From Limisphaerales bacterium (GTDB taxonomy: Bacteria > Verrucomicrobiota > Verrucomicrobiia > Limisphaerales > SIBE01), in NCBI GenBank assembly GCA_044225505.1, contig JBGAIN010000022.1:1-64000 (forward strand): 64,000 nt of DNA, given 5' to 3'. This document shows, in pieces, positions 40,674 to 49,902 of the stretch. The notes beneath the pieces were generated by a model. It saw nothing but the letters and a program-made list of their open reading frames with translations. It was not told the origin of the DNA and did not search any database. The position numbers and the translations under genes are program-made. The first letter of the stretch is position 1, and every line of letters begins with the position of its first letter.

Positions 40674-41618
40674 TTATAAAACGGTTCCGGTGCAGCTGCT
40701 GCCAGCGCCAGCGGTGCAAGCCAGGCAGTGAATTCCAGTTAGTATCTCCTGATCGTGCAATTGTTCAGGGTTGAGATCCCAGAGGTAAAGCGGTTTCCCG
40801 TTCCGAACCTGCATCTTCAACATTTGGTTAAAGTCGCAATCAAAAACCTCACCCCTCCATCCAATACTAATAGTGTTGCGGCACATCAGGCCGTTCACCG
40901 TTGCTGGGTTAAAATGATCAGCGAGCAACTCCAGATATTTGTCCCATTGCCCCTGTTTGCGAAGGTCTTCGGCAAAGCGCGCAATAGGCTGATTGGTGAT
41001 GGTAAACAAGCTGGTAAACTCGATGCCGAAACGACGCCGTAATTCCTCCCGATAATCGATCTCAAGTTCCGCTTGGGGAGGAGGCAGTTGGGCTCCTACC
41101 GGATTGTAGACAAGATGCAGTGTCAGTGATCGACCATAGCCCACACGGTTCAGTTTCTGCAAAGCGGCAATGCTCTTGGTAAACACCCCATCGCCCCGTT
41201 GGGCATCCACATTTTCCTCCAAGTAACAGGGGAGCGAAGCCACAATCTCGACTCGGTGTGCCGCTAAGTATTCTGGAAGCCACGCGTACGCTGCGGTCTC
41301 GATGATCGTCAGATTGTTGCGATCAATCACTCTGCAACCAGCGGCACACGCCGTTTCCACCAAGAATCGAAAATGTCGATTGAGCTCCGGCGCCCCGCCA
41401 GTGATATCGACGACGCTGGGTCGATACTGGCGAATCCAGTCGCCAACCCTGGCGGCAACCTCCGCACCCATCATTTCCGTCCTCCAGGGACCAGCGTCAA
41501 CATGACAATGATGGCACGTTTGGTTGCATTGACGCCCCACGTTAATCTGCAACGTCTCAAGCCTGGCACGGCGCAGGGCCAAGCCATGCTCGGACAGTTT
41601 TTGTTCAAAGCGATTCAT
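40674..41618 (-). CDS. arsS: Arsenosugar-biosynthesis-type radical SAM protein (TIGR04167, Cys form)
   Basis: 'LQINVGRQCNQTCHHCHVDAGP', 'DITGGAPELN', 'SLPCY', 'LMCR', 'DCDFNQML', C-terminal 'HCLACTAGAGSSC'. Confidence 0.92.
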   Translation of the reverse strand: MNRFEQKLSEHGLALRRARLETLQINVGRQCNQTCHHCHVDAGPWRTEMMGAEVAARVGDWIRQYRPSVVDITGGAPELNRHFRFLVETACAAGCRVIDRNNLTIIETAAYAWLPEYLAAHRVEIVASLPCYLEENVDAQRGDGVFTKSIAALQKLNRVGYGRSLTLHLVYNPVGAQLPPPQAELEIDYREELRRRFGIEFTSLFTITNQPIARFAEDLRKQGQWDKYLELLADHFNPATVNGLMCRNTISIGWRGEVFDCDFNQMLKMQVRNGKPLYLWDLNPEQLHDQEILTGIHCLACTAGAGSSCTGTVL

Positions 41619-41847
41619 CGGTGCGACGGACTGGCAATCCACGTCGTTAGTATGGCGTTGCCAGGCAGAAGAGTAAACCTCCTGGCCTTGGGTTGGCTGG
41701 GATGGGTCTCCAGCTTGGTGCTGAGGCCAGCCGAACGAGAGTTTGAACTCAGGTGGCACAAGCTTTGTATAGCAAAGACACGGTCCGATAGTGACGTCTT
41801 TGCTGTTATATATCGGCATAAAACGCGATAAAATTGAAAATATTTGA

Positions 41848-41864
41848 ACTTTGTTAAACAAAGT
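41848..41864. promoter_or_regulatory. Perfect palindrome ACTTTGTT-A-AACAAAGT in an AT-rich divergent promoter region (candidate operator)
   Basis: 8-1-8 inverted repeat between arsS and the B12 radical SAM gene. Confidence 0.6.
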
Positions 41865-41878
41865 GTGTCTATGTTCGC

Positions 41879-43426
41879 ATGACTTGGCTCGCGCCCCTAG
41901 GCTCTCCCCAGCGCTCTCTTTCGAGCTATTTCCTCCCAGACGAGATGGTCGTTCCGCCACCATTGCCACTGAGCCAAGGGTCCAAGTTGCCGCGACCGCG
42001 TTTTGCCCTGCTGCTAAACCCGTTCTATCCCAAAGACCCACGCGCCAGTTTCGGAAAACATGTATTAACCCCAACCCTGGCTTTGACGAGCATCGCCGGA
42101 GCGACCCCGCCCAGTTGGCAAGTTCGGTATTGGGACGAGAACTTGTTGCAAGGGCCGCCACCGTCCGATCCTTTGCCTCAAGTGGTTGGGATCACGGTGC
42201 ATTTGACGTTCGCGAAGCGAGCCTACGAGCTGGCGGCGTGGTTTCGGAGCCAGGGATCGTTGGTTGTTTTGGGCGGATTACATGTGCTCTCGTGCCCGGA
42301 GGAAGCGGCGCCGCACGCGGATGCACTGGCGATTGGCGACGGGGTTCAACTCTGGCCACGCATTCTAGAAGACATCGACGGGAAGCAATTAAAGCGGTGT
42401 TACCAGGCGGATTACACCCGACCGTACCGGGAGGATCCGCCACCGCGGCGAGACCTGTTGCCGCGGGATTGTTTTCTGACCACGACCAGTTTGATTGCGA
42501 CGCGAGGATGCCACAATCGGTGTGGCTTCTGCTACCTCTCGACGAAGGATCTGCACATGCCTTACTTGGTTCGAGACGTCGAGCAGGTGACGCAGGAATT
42601 CGCGGCGGATCAGCAGCCTTATGCCGTTTTCACAGATAATAACCTGGGGTCGAAACCAGAATACTTGCGCCAGCTCTGCCGTTCTCTTCGACCATTGGAA
42701 AAGATTTGGAGTGCTGCTGTGACGCTGGATGTGACCGACGACCCGTCGCTCATTCGGGACATGGCCTTGGCGGGGTGCACCGGTGTCTTTATCGGATTTG
42801 AATCGCTGGCGGATGACAATCTTCAAGCCGCACGCAAGCGTACTCCGCGCACGGCCGACTACGCTCGGCGTGTTGCCATTCTGCACGATCACGGAATCCA
42901 AGTGAACGGTTCGTTTGTGCTCGGTTTTGACAATGACGACCGCGACGTCTTCGCCCGGACGGCAAATTGGATTGAGGACAACCGACTGGAATGCGCGACC
43001 TTCCATATCCTCACGCCGTATCCTGGGACACCGCTCTTTCGTCAAATGGAGAGCGAAGGGCGTTTGCTGCACAGGAATTGGGAGCAGTACGACACGGCGC
43101 ATGTTGTTTTTCGACCGAAGCGCATGACACCCGATGAACTCCTGGAAGGATACGGTTGGTGTTATCAACGCCTCTTTTCGAGTCGCTCGATCTGGCGGCG
43201 GCGCCCGAAAGACAGGGCGGCGGTGCTTGCGTACCTCGCGATGTCCTATCTCTACAAACGATCGAATCGGTTTTGGCACTTGCTCATCAAATATCGCCTG
43301 ACCGCGCGAGTTTGGAGGCCGTTGGTGGAAATGAACCGTCGTCGGCACCTGCGGTTCCGAGCGATTCTGGCGCGTCAAGGCTCGACGGCAGTGCGTCCCG
43401 GCGTCGTCGTTGCCGCGGGGGTGTAG
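41879..43426 (+). CDS. Cobalamin-binding radical SAM protein
   Basis: B12 domain 'VRYWDEN…VVLGGLH', 'RGCHNRCGFC', 'FTDNN', 'IGFES', 'LTPYPGT'. Start may be 41945. Confidence 0.9.
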   Translation: MTWLAPLGSPQRSLSSYFLPDEMVVPPPLPLSQGSKLPRPRFALLLNPFYPKDPRASFGKHVLTPTLALTSIAGATPPSWQVRYWDENLLQGPPPSDPLPQVVGITVHLTFAKRAYELAAWFRSQGSLVVLGGLHVLSCPEEAAPHADALAIGDGVQLWPRILEDIDGKQLKRCYQADYTRPYREDPPPRRDLLPRDCFLTTTSLIATRGCHNRCGFCYLSTKDLHMPYLVRDVEQVTQEFAADQQPYAVFTDNNLGSKPEYLRQLCRSLRPLEKIWSAAVTLDVTDDPSLIRDMALAGCTGVFIGFESLADDNLQAARKRTPRTADYARRVAILHDHGIQVNGSFVLGFDNDDRDVFARTANWIEDNRLECATFHILTPYPGTPLFRQMESEGRLLHRNWEQYDTAHVVFRPKRMTPDELLEGYGWCYQRLFSSRSIWRRRPKDRAAVLAYLAMSYLYKRSNRFWHLLIKYRLTARVWRPLVEMNRRRHLRFRAILARQGSTAVRPGVVVAAGV

Positions 43427-43527
43427 CCGAAGGATTGTTTCGGGCGGAGGGGTGAGGATTAGGGGATTGGACGGGGCAGCTGTGTTTTTTGCTGTCTTTC
43501 GCGGATGAGTCTGTTACCAGACAAGCT

Positions 43528-43956
43528 ATGACACCAGTTCGATACTCCCTTTTGGCAGCGATTGCCCTGAGCTTGTCGGTAGCCTGGCCGACCCTTGGCC
43601 AACTGGCGAACCAAGCGGTCAGCGTCACCAACTTAAAGTCCGTTCCAGACGGAAACTATCTCCTCACTTTGGAACTCGAGGGCCAAACTCAACGCGTGAA
43701 TCTGCGGGTGGAGGATAATCGAGCGAAATGTGTCGCGAGCAGCGATCCCAAGCTAAAAAGTTTACAGGGTCGGTTTGAGCCTAAAGGGGATGGGGTATTC
43801 GTCGGCTTCTTGCAAGGCGGCGCATTCCGCACCTCGCAAGTCTGGATTTTCCGCGCGGATGGGGCGGCGGCTGTGCGTGAGGTTCCCGATCGTGGGGAAC
43901 AGCAAAGTGCCGTACCGACCAAAAGCAGTTCTCTTGAGATACCGAAAAAGAATTGA
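43528..43956 (+). CDS. Small secreted hypothetical protein
   Basis: Signal peptide, beta-rich body, 'REVPDRGEQQ.AVP'. Confidence 0.7.
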   Translation: MTPVRYSLLAAIALSLSVAWPTLGQLANQAVSVTNLKSVPDGNYLLTLELEGQTQRVNLRVEDNRAKCVASSDPKLKSLQGRFEPKGDGVFVGFLQGGAFRTSQVWIFRADGAAAVREVPDRGEQQSAVPTKSSSLEIPKKN

Positions 43957-44265
43957 GCTGATCCCTCGGGGCTTGGCTCGAGCAGAATGGGGCGAAACCC
44001 GGCTTCCGACGTCGATCCCGAGTTCCTTTTGGGAAGCGCTCAGGCTGGTATAAGCGCGATGATGTTCCCAGGCTGTGCGGCTCTTGAACCAACCCTGATC
44101 CGCCGCAGACAGGGAAACGCTTAAGAAACGAACCAGGCTCACCGCCTGATACCAACGAAATGACCGTATAACCTCGATTGAAAAGCGGTGGTCTGGAGAT
44201 TGATAGGATACACTCGGCCTCTTGAGGTGAATTGAATTGGAAGCTTTGCTAGCGTTCCGCGCGTC

Positions 44266-44985
44266 GTGCCAGAGTCAGCTATCATTGTGAGCGCAGCGTC
44301 CGATCCGCCCGAGCAGGTGAAGCGGAATCGAATTGGGCTTTCTTCTCTGGAATTGGTCCTGATGGCGGCCGCTTCGGTGCTGCTCTTGGCGGCCTCGTAT
44401 CTCGGTTGGTGGCCGATCGGCATCGCCGAAGGTTGGGGCTTTGTTACCGGTGGGATCTGTGTTTGGTTGGTGGTGCGAGAACATGTGTGGAACTGGCCGA
44501 TTGGGTTGGTGAACAATATCTTTTTCTTCGTCTTGTTCCTGCAAGGGCGGCTCTATGCAGATATGAGTTTGCAGCTCGTTTACTTTGGCCTGGGCGCTTA
44601 TGGCTGGATCCATTGGCTGTATGGCGGCGAGCGGCGGACAGTGCTAAAGATCAGCCGCGCCACTCGGGCAGAAGGGTGGGCAATGGCCGCACTGATCCCC
44701 GCGTGCACGTGGGGGCTGCGCGAGGTGCTAATCCTGGCGGGCGGTGTGGCGCCTTTTTGGGATGCAATCACGACAGTCCTGAGCTTGGCCGCGCAATACC
44801 TCCTTTGCCGCAAACGGTTTGAGAACTGGTTTCTCTGGATTGCTGCCGACATCATTTACATCCCGCTCTATTTGAGTCGGCAGTTATTCCTTACCGCTAT
44901 GCTCTATTCCGTTTTCCTGGCCATGTGTCTCTTTGGGGTTCGGGAATGGCGTCATCGATTGAACCAAGACATCGTGCCGCCATGA
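44266..44985 (+). CDS. pnuC: Nicotinamide riboside transporter
   Basis: 'WNWPIGLV', 'LYADMSLQ', 'YGWIHW', 'DAITTVLSLAAQ…ENWFLWIAAD'. Start is uncertain. Confidence 0.92.
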   Translation: MPESAIIVSAASDPPEQVKRNRIGLSSLELVLMAAASVLLLAASYLGWWPIGIAEGWGFVTGGICVWLVVREHVWNWPIGLVNNIFFFVLFLQGRLYADMSLQLVYFGLGAYGWIHWLYGGERRTVLKISRATRAEGWAMAALIPACTWGLREVLILAGGVAPFWDAITTVLSLAAQYLLCRKRFENWFLWIAADIIYIPLYLSRQLFLTAMLYSVFLAMCLFGVREWRHRLNQDIVPP

Positions 44986-45971
44986 AATTTCCTCTCGGCC
45001 TGGTCGTGGGAAAATTCCATCCACCACACCTGGGGCACAAGCTTCTGATCGATGCCGCCGCCGAACAATCGGAACAGACGGTCGTTTTCGTTTGCGCCAA
45101 GCCGACCGATCTGATTCCCGGCGACTTGCGGCGGCAATGGCTGCAGGAAATCCATCCGACGACCTGCGTGCGCCTCATTGACGATCGTGACGATGAGCAG
45201 GACCTGCGCGTGTGGGCAGCAAATACAATCGCTTGGCTAGGCCGCGCGCCCGACGCGGTGTTCACCTCGGAAGATTATGGAGACCGCTACGCCGCGTGGC
45301 TAGGGGCCAAGCACATCGCCGTGGACAAGTTACGAAGGCAAGTCGCGATCTCGGGGACGGCGGTGCGGTCCGACCCTTACGCCAATTGGGCCTTCATTGG
45401 ACCCCCCGTCCGTGGCTGGTTCGCCAAACGTGTCTGTATTGTGGGCGCGGAATCGACCGGGACCACGACTTTGGCCCGAGCACTGGCGGAAGCGTTGCAG
45501 ACGGTTTGGGTCTCCGAGTACGGCCGTGAATATTCCGAACTTAAGCGGACGAAGAGTGATGTGGGTTGGCGGACCGAGGAATTCGCGGTCATTGCCCGAG
45601 AGCAAATGAGTCGCGAAGACACCGCCGCCAGGAAGGCGAATCGGATTTTGATTTGCGACACCAATGGCTTCGCCACGAACCTATGGCATCGGCGTTATGT
45701 GGGGCACTCCAGCCCGACCGTTGAGGAGATCACGCGACCCGTGCGTTGCGATCTCTACCTCCTGACAGGAGATGAGATTCCGTTTGTGGCAGACGGTTTG
45801 CGCGATGGTGAGGGCATCCGCCACGAGATGCACGGTTGGTTTGAGGAGGCCCTGGCTGCCCAGCCGGTTCCGTGGCAGATCGTGCGTGGCTCGCACGAGA
45901 GACGAATGGAGGAAGCGCTCGGCCGGATTCGCGGTTTGTTTTCGGAATCGAAATGGCGACCAGGCGGTTAG
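44982..45971 (+). CDS. nadR: NadR-like NMN adenylyltransferase/ribosylnicotinamide kinase (no HTH)
   Basis: 'GKFHPPHLGH', 'FTSEDYG', 'ISGT', P-loop-like 'GAESTGTTT', 'EYGREY', 'DGLRD'; ATGA overlap with pnuC. Confidence 0.9.
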   Translation: MKFPLGLVVGKFHPPHLGHKLLIDAAAEQSEQTVVFVCAKPTDLIPGDLRRQWLQEIHPTTCVRLIDDRDDEQDLRVWAANTIAWLGRAPDAVFTSEDYGDRYAAWLGAKHIAVDKLRRQVAISGTAVRSDPYANWAFIGPPVRGWFAKRVCIVGAESTGTTTLARALAEALQTVWVSEYGREYSELKRTKSDVGWRTEEFAVIAREQMSREDTAARKANRILICDTNGFATNLWHRRYVGHSSPTVEEITRPVRCDLYLLTGDEIPFVADGLRDGEGIRHEMHGWFEEALAAQPVPWQIVRGSHERRMEEALGRIRGLFSESKWRPGG

Positions 45972-46067
45972 CCTTGGGACGCCGATGCCATGACCTTCCC
46001 GCGCTTGCGACAGAACTTCTTCGCTTAACAGAGCACGCCTAATCCGGGGCGGGCTTGCCCACTCACC

Positions 46068-47774
46068 TTAACGCGTAGGCTTGGCCGGAATTGGGTCTGG
46101 CAGCGGCTTCCGTGGGAGGAGTTCCGCCCGATTCGCGGCGTTATAGACAAAGGCCGCCATGATCGCGGAGGCTTGCATGAGATCGCCAGGCTCGGCGTGA
46201 TCGTAAACATCGAGCTCCGAGTGGTGGGTTCGACTGCCGTAATCCAATGGGTCTTGAATGAATTGAAAACCAGGCAGCCCGACCTGGTCAAACGCCAGAT
46301 GATCCGTCCCGCCCGTATCTCGAATCGTGATCGTGCCCGCAGCCATATCTTTGAACGGAGCGAACCAGGCTTCAAAGATCGGCCGCATCATGTCGTTGCC
46401 CTGCAAATGCACGCCCCGGATCTTTCCGGAACCGTTATCGAGATTGAAATAGCCAGAGAGAGTGGCGTGTTCTGGCTTGGGATTCATCTGGAATGGATCG
46501 GCAAAGTGTTCCCGCACGTAAGCGCGGGAGCCGTACAACCCTTGCTCTTCGCCGCTCCATAACGCTAACCGGACGGTGCGATCGAGGTTTAGATTCAGCG
46601 CTTTGAGGATGCGCAACGCTTCCATGGCGACCGCGCAGCCCGCACCATTGTCTGTCGCTCCGGTGCCGCCGTGCCAAGAGTCCAAGTGGCCCCCCAACAT
46701 GACAACGTGTTGTTTACGTTTTCCTCCTGGAATCTCGGCGATGACATTGGCGATGGTCGGCGCATCGATGAATGCAACTTTGAGATTCACCTCGGCTTCC
46801 ACTGGAATCTCTTTTTCCGTCAAACGCCAAAGCCGGTTGAATTGTTCGGGTGCCAGGACAATGTTCGGCGGCGGCACGGGGGCATCGGGACTTGGCGAGG
46901 CGGCTGCTTCGGAAAAGACCAAGCCACCGAGGCCGCGCGCGTCGGTACGAAGCACCGCGCTCACGCCTTCCTCGCGTAGAAACCGATTCAGATCGTCGTA
47001 GACGCGATCGAAGCGTTCCCAATAATCTGCCATCATTTCCAAGGGCAGATCGCGAAAGAGCAGCGCCCGCTTTTTGGGGTCATCGGGCAAACGGTTAGGG
47101 ATCCAATTGGGTTTTGGGATGGGCGCCCACTCCGGTTGCTCGGCCACGGACGTGAGCGCTTTGTCGTCGAGCCGATGGCTCTGGGCTTCGGTAGGCTGGC
47201 TGAAATCGCGCAATCGACCTAGCAGCACGATTTTGCCACGGAGTTTTCCTTTCCATCGTTGCTGGTACTGCTGGATGCGCTCTTGCACCGTGGCAATGTC
47301 GAGGTCGCGACGTCCCTCGTCGTCCCGCAATAGGGACGTGGCAACCACGGGGCCGCGCACCGGACCTTCGGTCCCGCCGCACCAAGCCATGGGAACTCCA
47401 TGCAACGGCGTGTAGACCGGCTTGTGCAAATGCATGTCAAAACGAGAGAACGACCAACCCCGTCCAAAGGGGCCCCAGGGCTCCAACCGGGCATTGTCGA
47501 TCCCAGCGCTCTTCACCCCGTCCATTGCCCGATGGGCTGCCGTCTCCCAACCGGGCGATCCTGTCAACCGAGGGCCGTTCGCGTCTGTGAGCGCGAACAA
47601 ATAATCCATCACCTTCGAGTTGCGGAACGCCTCGGCCTTGATCCGGTGGACAACGTTAAGATCGACCGGTTCCTCTGCCGAAACGAGAGCTTGGATAGAG
47701 ACGAGGGCGGCGACCGTAATCTTGAGAATCGCGAGCTTTTGTTGGGAAACGAGCGAGCTCAGCCTGGCGGTCAT
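46068..47774 (-). CDS. Secreted M28 family peptidase (carboxypeptidase Q-like)
   Basis: 'GPRLTGSP', 'GGHLDSW…GATDNGAG', 'WSGEEQGL.GS', 'GGTDH', 'HHS..D'. Confidence 0.92.
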   Translation of the reverse strand: MTARLSSLVSQQKLAILKITVAALVSIQALVSAEEPVDLNVVHRIKAEAFRNSKVMDYLFALTDANGPRLTGSPGWETAAHRAMDGVKSAGIDNARLEPWGPFGRGWSFSRFDMHLHKPVYTPLHGVPMAWCGGTEGPVRGPVVATSLLRDDEGRRDLDIATVQERIQQYQQRWKGKLRGKIVLLGRLRDFSQPTEAQSHRLDDKALTSVAEQPEWAPIPKPNWIPNRLPDDPKKRALLFRDLPLEMMADYWERFDRVYDDLNRFLREEGVSAVLRTDARGLGGLVFSEAAASPSPDAPVPPPNIVLAPEQFNRLWRLTEKEIPVEAEVNLKVAFIDAPTIANVIAEIPGGKRKQHVVMLGGHLDSWHGGTGATDNGAGCAVAMEALRILKALNLNLDRTVRLALWSGEEQGLYGSRAYVREHFADPFQMNPKPEHATLSGYFNLDNGSGKIRGVHLQGNDMMRPIFEAWFAPFKDMAAGTITIRDTGGTDHLAFDQVGLPGFQFIQDPLDYGSRTHHSELDVYDHAEPGDLMQASAIMAAFVYNAANRAELLPRKPLPDPIPAKPTR

Positions 47775-47992
47775 CGGGCGGCAAGAAGTGGATGCGCAAG
47801 CCATATGCCTGAGTATCGCAAGCAGGCCGGAGTGGCAAGCGCGAAGCGGCGCAGGATAGAGGCTCTTGCGCATTCCCGACTGCGCAGAAGTCGTGGGTTC
47901 GATCTCGGATCGTGCGCGGTGGGAGGAACCCAGCGTGGCGAGCCAACAGTACTCGCACACGCTTGGGTTTGGACGAGATGCGCCGCTGGCGG

Positions 47993-49162
47993 CTATTGGC
48001 CGGCCGGCTTGGCGTTAGCCATGGTGTCGGTAAAGGTTGCTGCCGTTAAAGACATGCCGGTTAGATGGTCATTCACCCATTTGATTCCGGCGCTGCAAGC
48101 TCCCAACAGGTTCGGGCTGGGCGCGGTCAGCGGCAGAATACTGTCTTCGGCTTCGCTGTAGATCGGCATGATATCGCCACCGTTGATCGCGCAGAATCGC
48201 TCCCCCGCGCCGATCGCCAGGAGCATTTTCGCGTAACTCTCCAGATTGACTTCGCCTTCTCCATGCCCGCAGAACTGGTGCCCTCGCTGTGTCCAATCTT
48301 CGCTGATCATGAGCGTGGATGCGCCGTCCAGGTATTTGAAGTTCTTGGCATGACTGCCAACGAGGCGCGATGCGACGAACGGACTCGTGAAACGTCGGGT
48401 CCAGTTCTCGCCGGCCCAGCAGTGGCTAGGATCGCCCCAGACGCACAGAGAGCGGTCATAGTCGACGGCCTGGAGGAGCAAACCAAAGTCGCGCGAGCAG
48501 ATCGCGCCAGTGCCCGGATGAATCTCGTGGGCCAGGTAGGCATTCCGCTGATTGGCTTGAGCCCGGATTTTGGCGGTTGCAGTCCGGAACCGTTCCAAGC
48601 CTTCGGCCATCATTTTTTCCCAACCGAACACCCATGGATAACCGCTATGCAGGACGGGGTGTCCCCAAAGACCCCAGAACCACCCGTAAATGTGGATGCC
48701 CGCGGCGGTGCCGGCCTCAATCAGGCCGACTAGATAGTCTTCAGACCAGCTCTCGACAAAGGCTGCCCCTTTGGCCGCGACAGAGGGCGGAACGAACTTA
48801 TCGGCGTAATCGAGGCCCCACTTCGCGCTCAGATGGGCAAAGGCAGCACAATGCGCACTGATGGTGGGCGCGACAATCCCCAGACCGCTCAGGATTTGAC
48901 GCACTTCTTTCGGATTGCGGAATACGATCTTGGCATTGTCGCCGTGCCCAGGACCGTTCATTAGATAGTTGGAGATCATCATGGAACGGCTGCCCGACTC
49001 GACGGCGTATTTGCCGACGGCTTCGAGAGTGCCGAAACCGCCGACGAGTTGGCCGGTCTCAACGCCAGCGACGATGCTGACTTGGCGGCCGCAAGCCAGG
49101 TTTAGGCGTGCGCGGTTGGGGTCGAAGTAACTGTTCGTTTCTTTGAAGAATAACGGATTCAT
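47993..49162 (-). CDS. Sugar phosphate isomerase/epimerase (xylose-isomerase-like TIM barrel)
   Basis: Metal-binding motifs 'AHEIHPG', 'DPSH', 'HAKN', 'EAED'. Confidence 0.8.
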   Translation of the reverse strand: MNPLFFKETNSYFDPNRARLNLACGRQVSIVAGVETGQLVGGFGTLEAVGKYAVESGSRSMMISNYLMNGPGHGDNAKIVFRNPKEVRQILSGLGIVAPTISAHCAAFAHLSAKWGLDYADKFVPPSVAAKGAAFVESWSEDYLVGLIEAGTAAGIHIYGWFWGLWGHPVLHSGYPWVFGWEKMMAEGLERFRTATAKIRAQANQRNAYLAHEIHPGTGAICSRDFGLLLQAVDYDRSLCVWGDPSHCWAGENWTRRFTSPFVASRLVGSHAKNFKYLDGASTLMISEDWTQRGHQFCGHGEGEVNLESYAKMLLAIGAGERFCAINGGDIMPIYSEAEDSILPLTAPSPNLLGACSAGIKWVNDHLTGMSLTAATFTDTMANAKPAGQ

Positions 49163-49304
49163 AGTGGGCGCCAATTCGGCGTATTTGGTTGAGCGATAAG
49201 ATGACCGGAAACGCTGCTGGTTTGCGATCAAAAACAATCGGCCGCTTGCAACGTCGCGCGGAGGCGCGCGTAAAGGGCGGACAAAGCGAACGATTCCAGA
49301 GCGG

Positions 49305-49796
49305 TTAGCGAGGTGCTAGCTCTTCCTGGGGGTGCGGCTGGAAATCGTCGAGGGCCAGCCGCCCTTCGCGCGCGACCCGGCAGCGGTGTGATCGGTTTCC
49401 GTCGAGCAGGTAGACCGTGCTGTTGACCCGATAGTCGAGCGCGCGCGCTTCGAGGATGGGCTTGATTCGCGTTGCTAGCGCCAGATTTCGCAGGTGCACA
49501 GGGATCTCTTGAGTTGCGGAACTCAGTCGAGGAACTTCGAGCCGTTCGTTGCTCAGCCCTTCCCCGATATAAAGCCCGTTGAGATAGAAGCTGTGCACGC
49601 CCCCATCGAGGACGATCGGCGCGGGCGTCCGGTTGGAAATCCGGACAGTAAAGACAGCGGTGGTCTCCCAGACCGTTGCTTCGTTGAGCCGAAAGTTGAT
49701 CAAGGCGACGTCCATGGCATCGTTTCGTTCCAAGGTGGAACAGGAACAGAGTGTCAGAACCAAGAACAGCCACGCGCAACAACCCTTTAAACGCAT
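49305..49796 (-). CDS. LEA type 2/WHy domain lipoprotein
   Basis: Lipobox-like 'LCSC', 'VRISNRTPAPIVLDG…LNG..IGEG'. Confidence 0.8.
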   Translation of the reverse strand: MRLKGCCAWLFLVLTLCSCSTLERNDAMDVALINFRLNEATVWETTAVFTVRISNRTPAPIVLDGGVHSFYLNGLYIGEGLSNERLEVPRLSSATQEIPVHLRNLALATRIKPILEARALDYRVNSTVYLLDGNRSHRCRVAREGRLALDDFQPHPQEELAPR

Positions 49797-49902
49797 GCGG
49801 ACAGATCGCAGACTCATTGAAACAGGGCAAGACGAAATTGCAGACATACTCCCAGAGTAGTAGTGCGTCCGGACCGGCTTTCTGATTGAATGAGAGCAGT
49901 CG

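Noticed and set aside
40674..40720. Selenocysteine in the ArsS C-terminus
   Set aside because: The SSC motif is encoded by a Cys codon and the gene ends in TAA.
41619..42161. N-terminal 180-aa extension of arsS in the ORF track
   Set aside because: It overlaps the divergent B12 radical SAM gene and promoter; family similarity starts at MNRFEQKL (41618).
43960..44265. Riboswitch (TPP, purine or NAD) upstream of pnuC
   Set aside because: Only fragments resemble them (CGTATAACCTC; CCCTGATC…CAGGGA); the core motifs (CUGAGA; AUAUGG/UCUACC) are missing. An Rfam scan would settle it.
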